From positions 1-64,000 of IMG/VR virus record IMGVR_UViG_3300032782_000001: DNA of 64,000 nt, one strand, 5' to 3'. The position numbers were made by a program, and so were the translations under genes. Shown piece after piece: positions 55,040 through 63,014 of this stretch. Position 1 is the first letter of the stretch. The number at the start of each line of letters is the position of its first letter. The notes under the pieces are model-generated. The model did no database searches and was not told where the DNA came from. It saw only the letters and a list, made by a program, of their open reading frames with translations.

Positions 55040-55272
55040 GCTTGAATTACTGCAGTGCTTCCTTCGCTGAAGATCGAACGTTCGGGCCTGTGGTAGGTAG
55101 TCAGATCAAATTCTGCGGTCAGCTTGCCGTTCGTTGGTACATGAGCCGTAGGACCGGTCACATTGCTCAGTTTTGCAATTGTCATGCGAAAGAATATGGA
55201 GACGATGATCCAATTTGGCTTCCTCTATCATCTCAAGATGAAGCCATTGTTGCCGAAGTGATGAATTCATGA
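55036..55272 (+). CDS. VMES-tag protein, Zn-module type
   Basis: ends EAIVAEVMNS. Confidence 0.8.
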   Translation: MSLNYCSASFAEDRTFGPVVGSQIKFCGQLAVRWYMSRRTGHIAQFCNCHAKEYGDDDPIWLPLSSQDEAIVAEVMNS

Positions 55273-55514
55273 ACGCGAACGAACTCATTGCTAAGGCAAA
55301 ACAAGATCTTACCTGCATGCATGCGACCACTTGCATACACACTAAAAACCAGGTCACTTGCGGGAAGCCTGCCACTCGTGCGTTCCGTTTCCCGTTCGGA
55401 AGAATCAAGTGGTATTTGGCCTGTCCAGATCATTCCGAAGGTTCTTGGTGTGATAACGGATGGGAAGAAGTCCCTCTCGGTGAATTCGTAACTTGGGAAA
55501 TTCACGAGTTGTGA
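55269..55514 (+). CDS. VMES-tag protein, Zn-module type
   Basis: ends EFVTWEIHEL. Confidence 0.8.
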   Translation: MNANELIAKAKQDLTCMHATTCIHTKNQVTCGKPATRAFRFPFGRIKWYLACPDHSEGSWCDNGWEEVPLGEFVTWEIHEL

Positions 55515-55738
55515 CAGAACGACCTCCCTGCTCTTGTTTCATCGGAGTAGAGAAATCTCCCGATAGAATGGGATTCTGCATGGAACCTTCCATTCGTTTT
55601 TATCGAGACGGGAGAACAGTCGTTGGCATAATCTCCCGGTGTGGAAATCACCCAATTCCTGTCGATTATCTGCGTGATAATAAAATGGAAGAGGTCACTT
55701 TCGAAGAATATATCGTTAACGAAGTGATGCGTTCGTGA
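55511..55738 (+). CDS. VMES-tag protein, Zn-module type
   Basis: ends EEYIVNEVMRS. Confidence 0.8.
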   Translation: MTERPPCSCFIGVEKSPDRMGFCMEPSIRFYRDGRTVVGIISRCGNHPIPVDYLRDNKMEEVTFEEYIVNEVMRS

Positions 55739-55998
55739 AGTTACTTCACGGAGATACTGAATTCATAGAATGCCGTGGGTCACGGTGGGCACGGGTTGGC
55801 CCTCCGTGTGAAAGTTCCGGGACAATATTTGTAAAGTCGAGAGATTGGGTGGGACCCGGAACGGAAATGGCCAATGTTGAATGGCATGTTTACTGTAAAC
55901 CATGCTGGAATGCTCACAGAAAGAATATGAAGGGACTTGATGAGTTCCAGGTCATGAGTTTCGAAGAATGGATTGTGTCCATAGTGATGGAATCGTGA
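55735..55998 (+). CDS. VMES-tag protein, Zn-module type
   Basis: ends EEWIVSIVMES. Confidence 0.8.
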   Translation: MKLLHGDTEFIECRGSRWARVGPPCESSGTIFVKSRDWVGPGTEMANVEWHVYCKPCWNAHRKNMKGLDEFQVMSFEEWIVSIVMES

Positions 55999-56053
55999 AA
56001 GCTGAAAAGCTGAAACAGTTCCTTTCCGATGTGATTCCACTTATCTGAACTGT

Positions 56054-56356
56054 ATGATCGAACACCTTTGGCGGAGGTCTATTCCGCAAGACGGTGTTTG
56101 GAAATGTATTCGTTGCGGAATTGAAATCTTTTGGATCCCTGACGGGGATCAATTCACCCCATTAGACGATCCATTCTACGACAGACGTCCGTTTCCTCAC
56201 GAATCCGGTCCGGTCGTGTCTGTTTTGGATGGGGCGTATATGAACGTATCTGTTTTGGATGGGGCGTATATGAACGGGTACGACGCGTGGGAAGCTCCAT
56301 GCGGAGCTCCCAGAGATTGTGGGCTTCTGATCGTACAAAAGATTATGGAGTCTTGA
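56054..56356 (+). CDS. VMES-tag protein, HxW/CxxC type, with a 27-bp internal duplication
   Basis: VSVLDGAYMN twice; ends VQKIMES. Confidence 0.8.
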   Translation: MIEHLWRRSIPQDGVWKCIRCGIEIFWIPDGDQFTPLDDPFYDRRPFPHESGPVVSVLDGAYMNVSVLDGAYMNGYDAWEAPCGAPRDCGLLIVQKIMES

Positions 56357-56359
56357 CTT

Positions 56360-56668
56360 ATGATCTCACCGCGAAGTGCTGCGAAAATTCGTGATTTCGG
56401 ACAGGTCTACGGAGTCAGAGGCCCTCGTATGACCAAGCATCGGCTTCTGACTGATGAACTCCGTGTCCGATGTTCCATTCCCGGATGTTTGGAACCGGCT
56501 TGTTATTTTTGGGTTTGTGAGAAGGCTTCTCCGCTCCAAGGCTTGGATATTTGTACGTGGTGTCGAAATCACGTGTTGAAGGTATACCAACCTTCAACCA
56601 ATCATGTTTGGATGTCTGAATCCGTACTCATCGACATCCTGATCGTAATGGAGATCATGGAATCATGA
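56360..56668 (+). CDS. VMES-tag protein, Zn-module type
   Basis: ends IVMEIMES. Confidence 0.75.
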   Translation: MISPRSAAKIRDFGQVYGVRGPRMTKHRLLTDELRVRCSIPGCLEPACYFWVCEKASPLQGLDICTWCRNHVLKVYQPSTNHVWMSESVLIDILIVMEIMES

Positions 56669-56892
56669 AGCAGCGCGTAATCGCGAACGAAGAAAGGTGT
56701 GAATGGCTCGGCCCTTTCCGATTTCATGGCTATCAGGAGAAATGTGGTCGCAGGGCTGTTCGCTTCTATCTTTGCCATGACGGCACTGTCTCTGCTCGTT
56801 GCAAGGGCCACGTTCCTCCTGGCGTTCCCGAATCTATTTCCCAGGAGGATTGGTCTCGTTTGAAAATTGTGTCGGAAATCATGACCGCATGA
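56665..56892 (+). CDS. VMES-tag protein, Zn-module type
   Basis: ends IVSEIMTA. Confidence 0.8.
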   Translation: MKQRVIANEERCEWLGPFRFHGYQEKCGRRAVRFYLCHDGTVSARCKGHVPPGVPESISQEDWSRLKIVSEIMTA

Positions 56893-57356
56893 ACCGTTTG
56901 ATTTGTGATTTGCGGATTTGGACTGATGAGTATCAGTCCAAGAAGTGTGGTCGCGCTGCAGCCTTTTTCTTTGCCGGGTTTGACGTCCACGGCAGACTAA
57001 AAGTTCTCATCCGTTGCCGGTGGTGTGGCGATGTCCAAAAGCATTGGATCCTGGGATCACCTCCCAATCCCGGATTACGATTTCGACAAATTCCTGCATC
57101 ACAAGTTCCTGTTCTTTTGGCAATTTCCGAAATAATTAACACCACGATCGTCCAGGAAATTGCTCGGCCAATCATGCATCGATGGCGCCGGATTCGGAAA
57201 ACTGTCAAAAAACCTGCACATTATAAATGCGATCGATGTGACCGCGTGTGTGAAGGTAATGCCCGACCAACGGATTCTATCATGATGAGAGACCCTGTGA
57301 CAGGTGTCCGGCGAACCTGTGATGAAGAAATTATCGCGGCGGTTATGGAATCATGA
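56889..57356 (+). CDS. VMES-tag protein with two fused modules
   Basis: ends CDEEIIAAVMES. Confidence 0.8.
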   Translation: MNRLICDLRIWTDEYQSKKCGRAAAFFFAGFDVHGRLKVLIRCRWCGDVQKHWILGSPPNPGLRFRQIPASQVPVLLAISEIINTTIVQEIARPIMHRWRRIRKTVKKPAHYKCDRCDRVCEGNARPTDSIMMRDPVTGVRRTCDEEIIAAVMES

Positions 57357-57562
57357 GTAGGACTCGAGATTCAAGCCGGTGTGAACATCGATTTTCTCAG
57401 GAGTCTGCTGCATATAGACTAAAGAATGTCACAGTTCAATCTTGTGATCGATGCAAACTGAATATCTTCCGTTGTTCCCGGTGCAAGCAATTGGTTTTGA
57501 AGGCTCAAAAGTTCCAATGCATCAATAATCTTTGCATTGTAGCCGATATTATGGAATCATGA
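57353..57562 (+). CDS. VMES-tag Cys-rich protein
   Basis: ends IVADIMES. Confidence 0.8.
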   Translation: MSRTRDSSRCEHRFSQESAAYRLKNVTVQSCDRCKLNIFRCSRCKQLVLKAQKFQCINNLCIVADIMES

Positions 57563-57723
57563 GTAACAATGTAATGTCTATGGTGATCAATGGCATGCTC
57601 GGAATTTTCGCAGCAGTTGGATGGGCCCTAGCAATACTGGAACTTGGCGTCATTGTCTTATTTTTCAGTTGGTTCATGAGCGGGGCTTGGTATCGATGGA
57701 AGCATCGAATCCCAAAGTCATAG
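57559..57723 (+). CDS. small membrane protein
   Basis: hydrophobic; ATGA overlap. Confidence 0.65.
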   Translation: MSNNVMSMVINGMLGIFAAVGWALAILELGVIVLFFSWFMSGAWYRWKHRIPKS

Positions 57724-57935
57724 GAGAATGTCCATGGTCCCTTTGGGACGGTCAACATGATTTCCAAGCGGGGGTTCTCGTAAGTCTAGCCCCGGGAGCC
57801 GTCCGGATTTCTTGTTGCTTTTGCGGATTGGAATGGCACCAGTGTCCACACGGTTGGCTTTGGGATTTTGCCACTGATGGCTCTCTTTGTCCCATCTGCG
57901 GACTGAAGATAGTGGAAACGATCATGGAATCATGA
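57696..57935 (+). CDS. VMES-tag Cys-rich protein
   Basis: ends IVETIMES. Confidence 0.7.
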   Translation: MEASNPKVIGECPWSLWDGQHDFQAGVLVSLAPGAVRISCCFCGLEWHQCPHGWLWDFATDGSLCPICGLKIVETIMES

Positions 57936-58159
57936 ACAGTTTTCTTCGAGATCCCAATTCTCCACCTCACCATTGGAAGCGTGTTCCAGGTGATTGGGGT
58001 CGATGGAAATGTGAAAAATGTGAGTCTCTTTACCCGGGTTCACAGAATCCGCATCCTGATCCAAATGCGGACACTCCAGATCCTTACATGAAGTCCTGGT
58101 GTGGAGGTAAATTCTTGAGTTGCGACGAGATTGTAGTCTGGGCAGTCCAAGAAGAATGA
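57932..58159 (+). CDS. VMES-tag protein, HxW/CxxC type (variant)
   Basis: ends CDEIVVWAVQEE. Confidence 0.75.
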   Translation: MNSFLRDPNSPPHHWKRVPGDWGRWKCEKCESLYPGSQNPHPDPNADTPDPYMKSWCGGKFLSCDEIVVWAVQEE

Positions 58160-58365
58160 GAATTACCTGCGAATGGGTAGTAGCTGACTTGACATTTCGT
58201 TGTCCTGAGGACGCCGTAATTGGAATAGTCGGATCCTTTCCTGGTGGGACGATTAGGGAAGTTTACTGTCAGGCTCATTACGAATGTGTGGTCGGTATTC
58301 TCGACAGCTGTTTGGAGACTATGTCTGTAGGTGAGTTTTTGGTTCGAGAAATTCATGATTCTTGA
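58156..58365 (+). CDS. VMES-tag protein, Zn-module type
   Basis: ends EFLVREIHDS. Confidence 0.8.
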   Translation: MRITCEWVVADLTFRCPEDAVIGIVGSFPGGTIREVYCQAHYECVVGILDSCLETMSVGEFLVREIHDS

Positions 58366-58385
58366 TTTCGGCGTAAAATGGGTCT

Positions 58386-58610
58386 GTGATTCCGTCCCAT
58401 AAATGCAATAATTCAGTTCAATTCGGATGGGATGCCGCACTTTGCGGAAGTCTCGCAATTCGAGTCTTCAGGGACCTTCGTCCGCATTCCACTAACGTGA
58501 AATATCTATGCGAACGTTGTTTCAAAGAAGAGCGTGAGAGGCTTCAAAAAGCTGGAATGACCGAAATGTCTTTAGAAGAAGACGTCGTTTATGGGGTCAT
58601 GGAATCATGA
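58386..58610 (+). CDS. VMES-tag protein, Zn-module type
   Basis: ends EEDVVYGVMES. Confidence 0.8.
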   Translation: MIPSHKCNNSVQFGWDAALCGSLAIRVFRDLRPHSTNVKYLCERCFKEERERLQKAGMTEMSLEEDVVYGVMES

Positions 58611-58912
58611 CTGTCCCGGATGTTCGAAACCAGACGGAAGTAGAAGCAGGATCCAATTACCATAAGTCTTGGATATACGTCCTACACTCATCTCTTGATC
58701 GCGTTAGTGATAGTCCTTTCCGATCTATTTGTCCTGCTTGTGATCGAGGACTCTTACTAGTCAAGCGAGATCACACACTAGAATACTGTTTTCGGATCGA
58801 CAATTGTTCCTTGTGCGGTCAAATCGTTGTTTACGAAGATGACAATATTGGTGGAATCAGCCTCCACCCATCCCTCAATGAATGTTTGGTTGCGGAGGTA
58901 ATGGATTCATGA
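58607..58912 (+). CDS. VMES-tag zinc-ribbon protein
   Basis: CPAC...CSLC; ends LVAEVMDS. Confidence 0.8.
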   Translation: MTVPDVRNQTEVEAGSNYHKSWIYVLHSSLDRVSDSPFRSICPACDRGLLLVKRDHTLEYCFRIDNCSLCGQIVVYEDDNIGGISLHPSLNECLVAEVMDS

Positions 58913-59193
58913 ACGACGGTTTCATTTATGAGTTCATTGCAAAGGAACGAGAGATTATCAGGAAAACACAGTTAGAAGTCAGGATTGTAGGAACACTTTC
59001 TATTTGTGCAGGAATAGCTGGCGTTGTTGGACATGCCACCATTCGCATCTATGGAGTGGAATGGTGGAGAGGAATATTCACTGTTGTATGCATTGTGTTG
59101 TGTCCTCATTTCGCTAAATGGTGGTGGGATGAGCGGAACCACGTTAAGCAATTGGAGAAGAATTTGTTGGTGTTTGAGGTCATGGAATCATGA
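58909..59193 (+). CDS. VMES-tag membrane protein (2 TM)
   Basis: ends LVFEVMES. Confidence 0.8.
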   Translation: MNDGFIYEFIAKEREIIRKTQLEVRIVGTLSICAGIAGVVGHATIRIYGVEWWRGIFTVVCIVLCPHFAKWWWDERNHVKQLEKNLLVFEVMES

Positions 59194-59378
59194 TCGAACA
59201 CCAGTGGCTTTGGAAGAGAATGAGTAAGACGGGGAGTGATAATATCTGGGTTTGTGAAAGATGCGGAACAGAATTTCCCGTAGGTACTAGTGGGTATAGG
59301 CCTGAAGTCTATATACCAACGTCCCAAACTTCGGAAGACTGTGACGTAGAAATGATTCGTCAAGTGATGGAATCATGA
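59190..59378 (+). CDS. VMES-tag protein, HxW/CxxC type
   Basis: ends MIRQVMES. Confidence 0.8.
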   Translation: MIEHQWLWKRMSKTGSDNIWVCERCGTEFPVGTSGYRPEVYIPTSQTSEDCDVEMIRQVMES

Positions 59379-59602
59379 AACTCACGAAATCCGAAATCAA
59401 GGCTCTTCTCCAGCTTTGGGAAGCTGGAATCCATAATGCTGTCGCTCCCAGCTCCAATGAGCGTCGGTTCTTCCAATCCCTCCGGCAAAAAGGGTATGCC
59501 ATTACTTTCAGTGTAAACAGAAATTTCCGAATCACTGAGAATGGAATTCTTCGAATCGAAGATCCGGCCAAACTCTTCGTGAAGGAAGTAATGGAATCAT
59601 GA
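59375..59602 (+). CDS. VMES-tag protein, winged-helix-like
   Basis: L..KGY...ITENG pattern; ends FVKEVMES. Confidence 0.8.
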   Translation: MKLTKSEIKALLQLWEAGIHNAVAPSSNERRFFQSLRQKGYAITFSVNRNFRITENGILRIEDPAKLFVKEVMES

Positions 59603-59904
59603 GTGATAGTAAGTATAGCGTACCCAAATTAGACATCGGGGACGGAGAGGTCTTCTGGTCCGATGGAGGTCAACAAGTCCGGGTCTTCGGACCGACTTCC
59701 AGTCTTCGTGGTCCATGGCGCATCATGGAGAAAGTCGCCATGAGGATTCTCCACCTCGTGGACCGACATGGCGGATATTACGATGAGTCGGACGATAAAT
59801 GTGTCAAATGTCGCATGATTCGGGCCTTCCGTCAACAATTTGGAGGAGCTCTTGTTATGAAACAAGAGACAATTGACCACATGGTCCAAAATCCGAACGC
59901 CTGA
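59599..59904 (+). CDS. hypothetical protein
   Basis: ATGA overlap. Confidence 0.7.
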   Translation: MSDSKYSVPKLDIGDGEVFWSDGGQQVRVFGPTSSLRGPWRIMEKVAMRILHLVDRHGGYYDESDDKCVKCRMIRAFRQQFGGALVMKQETIDHMVQNPNA

Positions 59905-59922
59905 CTTGCACCGGGGGCTCAC

Positions 59923-60327
59923 GTGCCCACCCATCTTCCACAACCTGAAGGATCTAGTCTATGTGGTCATTGCTGCATAGCTATGATTCTCGGTATTAAC
60001 CTGGAAAAAGCCATATCCATCGTTGGACACCAACGTGGTTCGAAGAATTCGGAGTTAATATCAGCACTGGGTTCTTATGCTAAAACCACCAAGAGTATTC
60101 GAATATCCGGCAACCCTTTGGATCCATCCATACTCCGGATCAAAGGGCAAACAGGACGACATCATGTAGTGTTGCTACATGATCGGTTAATCTACGATCC
60201 TGGCGTTCCCCGATTTGTTCCATACTATGCTTGGGAACATTGGGTATTGGGTCGCGGATGGCGCATCGTAAGTCAAATCCCACTCCACTCGAATTCACCG
60301 GGGTTCAAACTAACGAATCTTGGATGA
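59923..60327 (+). CDS. peptidase C39-like protein
   Basis: Q...CGHCCIAM, HVVL, IYDP pattern. Confidence 0.65.
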   Translation: MPTHLPQPEGSSLCGHCCIAMILGINLEKAISIVGHQRGSKNSELISALGSYAKTTKSIRISGNPLDPSILRIKGQTGRHHVVLLHDRLIYDPGVPRFVPYYAWEHWVLGRGWRIVSQIPLHSNSPGFKLTNLG

Positions 60328-60799
60328 TTTCCATTTCCCCTTTCGGGATTCCATTTTTGGCAAGAGAAGAATTGGAATATCTTCCATCGAAGGTAACTTC
60401 TTGTCCCACCCAAGAAGGAAGTTCAAATGACTCATTGGGGGAAACAAGTTCAATTTCCGCAGTCCACAGTCCCTGAAGGTCCCCGAGATATTGATCCACT
60501 TCCCATTTGTGCCCGGAATGTTCGATAACGAATCGATTCTTTTCGAGTTTATGCTGACATAGAAGGAGAAGGTCTTCGCCATCTTTGACTGGAATTTCAT
60601 ACTCGAATTCTTGGCGCGACATTTTTCCAGGTCCCTTAATGGTGAGGAATGCGCTGGTATACGCCAACCTCACGCGTACGGTGGCCGTCCCTGAATCCGA
60701 CAAATACCCTTGTCGGAACCAAAGCCCGGTAGGGAGTGGCGGAAGTGCATTGATTTGAATAAGAAATTTTCGCTCGATCTCGAGATTTCCGGGCTTCAT
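60305..60799 (-). CDS. CYTH-domain triphosphate tunnel metalloenzyme
   Basis: EIERKFL, VRVR, EFEYEI, EK.R, WEVD, AEIE, YSN. Confidence 0.9.
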   Translation of the reverse strand: MKPGNLEIERKFLIQINALPPLPTGLWFRQGYLSDSGTATVRVRLAYTSAFLTIKGPGKMSRQEFEYEIPVKDGEDLLLLCQHKLEKNRFVIEHSGHKWEVDQYLGDLQGLWTAEIELVSPNESFELPSWVGQEVTFDGRYSNSSLAKNGIPKGEMEIIQDSLV

Positions 60800-60831
60800 G
60801 CCTGAAACTACAGTGAGCGTACGATCATGTC

Positions 60832-61143
60832 GTGGTCCAAACGCATTCAATCCCAGATGCTTGCCCTATTTGTGAACGCCCGAATTATCGGCCGTCAGAT
60901 CACCACATGATCCCGCGGAGTCGTGGGGGAAGATCCACTGAGACAATTTGCGGTGACTGTCATAAGGCCGTTCATGCCACTTTCACCAATAAGCAACTTG
61001 AACGCGAGTTCCACACAGTAGAAGCGCTCATGGGCCACGATGGCTTTTCTCGTATGGTGGCTTTCATCAGGAAACAAGATCCTATGAGAAAAATTACGAC
61101 CAAACGATCCAGGGATACCCGTCGTCGCGGCAGGTCCGGATGA
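60832..61143 (+). CDS. HNH endonuclease-like protein
   Basis: CPIC...DHHMIPRSRGG...ICGDCHKAVH. Confidence 0.8.
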   Translation: MVQTHSIPDACPICERPNYRPSDHHMIPRSRGGRSTETICGDCHKAVHATFTNKQLEREFHTVEALMGHDGFSRMVAFIRKQDPMRKITTKRSRDTRRRGRSG

Positions 61144-61358
61144 CTCCTCCTTTCAACGTAGTAATTTTATACGCATTTGGATCCGTTGTAACGGCCGCGA
61201 TTCTCATGAACATGGTGTCGGATGAACCTTCCGACCCTGGACCGTGGCCTTTGCATCTAAGGATCTTTTTCTTTATTGTATTTCTGCTCTGGCCATTACC
61301 GTGGCTTTTCGTGATTGCTCTAGCTTTACTCGGTCATACTAAACGACGCAAGTTCTGA
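61140..61358 (+). CDS. small membrane protein
   Basis: two hydrophobic helices. Confidence 0.7.
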   Translation: MTPPFNVVILYAFGSVVTAAILMNMVSDEPSDPGPWPLHLRIFFFIVFLLWPLPWLFVIALALLGHTKRRKF

Positions 61359-61383
61359 TGATTCCTCGGTACATAGAGGCAGA

Positions 61384-61608
61384 ATGGCACCGTTGTCTCT
61401 CCGCATGAGTAAGTTCCTTTTGAATGTTGCTGCCATGCCTGGCGCAAAAGGGGAGTTCCGCGACGGATGGGGAAGTGCGAAAGGACTTGCTCGCCGAGGG
61501 CTCTCCACATTCCCGAAGATGTTCAATTCTCGGGAGTTTTCCGTTTCGCTCACCGAAGCGGGAGTGGAATTCGCCAAAACCCTGGATTTCCCAAATCCCA
61601 ATGGGTAA
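61384..61608 (+). CDS. small winged-helix-like protein
   Basis: L.RRGL...LTEAG pattern. Confidence 0.6.
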   Translation: MAPLSLRMSKFLLNVAAMPGAKGEFRDGWGSAKGLARRGLSTFPKMFNSREFSVSLTEAGVEFAKTLDFPNPNG

Positions 61609-61870
61609 GCCTGAAACTTTTGCCGGTGAGAAAGTTCTGAACCGAGCTGTCGCTAGGTTCAGGACCGGAGTCCGTAAACCATTCCAATTCAATGGGAAAA
61701 CTTTTGAATTGACAAATGGAGTGTCAGAAGACGGATTCCTATCTGTTCGAGTACAAACTCAATCTAATTCACCACCATTTTCGAAGTGGATGCAGTTGCG
61801 AACCTTGGATGCTTCTGGTCTGCTTGAAGCAATCAATATGTTCGTCATTTCCGAAGTCATGGAGTCCTGA
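61601..61870 (+). CDS. VMES-tag protein
   Basis: ends VISEVMES. Confidence 0.8.
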   Translation: MGKPETFAGEKVLNRAVARFRTGVRKPFQFNGKTFELTNGVSEDGFLSVRVQTQSNSPPFSKWMQLRTLDASGLLEAINMFVISEVMES

Positions 61871-61880
61871 ACGGGACTCT

Positions 61881-62168
61881 ATGTTCGCAAACTACGGTGC
61901 CTCAGGAGTATCGAAATCCATGACGCCTGACGAGATCCGGTCGAAGGTAGTTGTCTTGCTCTCCAAGAGCCATCCGGGGGAAGATGTAAAGGTGGACGTT
62001 GGAAACGTCCCTTACGGACTCTTCGTATGGGAAGAAGGCGATCATAAGCACGTGCCCTTGAAGACTGGCGATCTATTCAAGTCGCTTGGCTTCTCCCCTG
62101 ATGTCCGTGATTGGGCCCATTCCCTTCCTATTGTTGCACTTGAATTGTCAGCACTGAAGGCGTCATAA
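61881..62168 (+). CDS. hypothetical protein
   Basis: ORF track, start trimmed to MFANY. Confidence 0.65.
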   Translation: MFANYGASGVSKSMTPDEIRSKVVVLLSKSHPGEDVKVDVGNVPYGLFVWEEGDHKHVPLKTGDLFKSLGFSPDVRDWAHSLPIVALELSALKAS

Positions 62169-62169
62169 T

Positions 62170-62358
62170 TTGCCATACGACAACGCTGGCTCAGCAATTT
62201 TCCCCTTTACAGACGTTAAATGTTGGACATCCGTAGGTCCAATATTTTGCAAACGATGCGGCGGAAGTTACTGGATTGTAGATCAGCAAACCCAAGAAGA
62301 GGCCCACACGCAACAAAAATGTGATTTGGCGATTGTGGAAGCGGTGATGGAATCATGA
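62170..62358 (+). CDS. VMES-tag protein
   Basis: ends IVEAVMES. Confidence 0.75.
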   Translation: MPYDNAGSAIFPFTDVKCWTSVGPIFCKRCGGSYWIVDQQTQEEAHTQQKCDLAIVEAVMES

Positions 62359-62687
62359 CCGTTAATGAATTGAAGAAGGCGATCATTAAGGCTAGTTGGA
62401 AACAAATTATCGATTGGACCCTCCTTATCGACACTCTCCACGAACTCAAAGACACGACTAAAGGTCGTCGCTATGCTCGTACTGGATGGAAAGACCGTCA
62501 CATCCGTCGGGGAGCCGTTCTAGCAGCTCTTTTCAGGACTTATATTCCGTTCGACTTCCAAGTGGAAGAAGCTCGCAAGCTTCTGAAGTATTACGCTGGC
62601 CAAATCCGAGCGTATGAGGGGAAAGTCCCCATGAAGACTCGTGAAGCCATTTTCAATGAATCTGCCAAAAAGTGGCAAGCGGCATGA
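62355..62687 (+). CDS. hypothetical basic protein
   Basis: ATGA overlaps. Confidence 0.75.
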   Translation: MTVNELKKAIIKASWKQIIDWTLLIDTLHELKDTTKGRRYARTGWKDRHIRRGAVLAALFRTYIPFDFQVEEARKLLKYYAGQIRAYEGKVPMKTREAIFNESAKKWQAA

Positions 62688-63013
62688 AACAAGAAGAATC
62701 CAATTGTGACTCCGAAGAATCTGAATGCCCTGGAGATGGCAAGTGTCATGGGCCTATGCGTTGGTGCACGAGGTGCGGAGAAGTCGATCTGGTCTGCGAT
62801 TTCCCGGAATGCGATTCTCATCCGAGAATTGGAGTAATTCAAAAGATTGTAGAATCATCGAGACGTGAAGTCCAAAGACTGGAATCTGAACTTCGACTCG
62901 CTCGAAAAGAACTGGATGAAGCGGAGGAAAAGCTTTACCACTATCTTCGTGGTCCTTACCGGATGACTAAAGAATCTCGTCTGGATGTTATCCGAACCGT
63001 CATGGATTCATGA
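62684..63013 (+). CDS. VMES-tag Cys-rich/coiled-coil protein
   Basis: ends IRTVMDS. Confidence 0.8.
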   Translation: MKQEESNCDSEESECPGDGKCHGPMRWCTRCGEVDLVCDFPECDSHPRIGVIQKIVESSRREVQRLESELRLARKELDEAEEKLYHYLRGPYRMTKESRLDVIRTVMDS

Positions 63014-63014
63014 G

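Noticed and set aside
56217-56276. 27-bp duplication (and tandem repeats near 16556 and 18067) as functional repeat loci
   Set aside because: Simple in-frame slippage duplications within ORFs.
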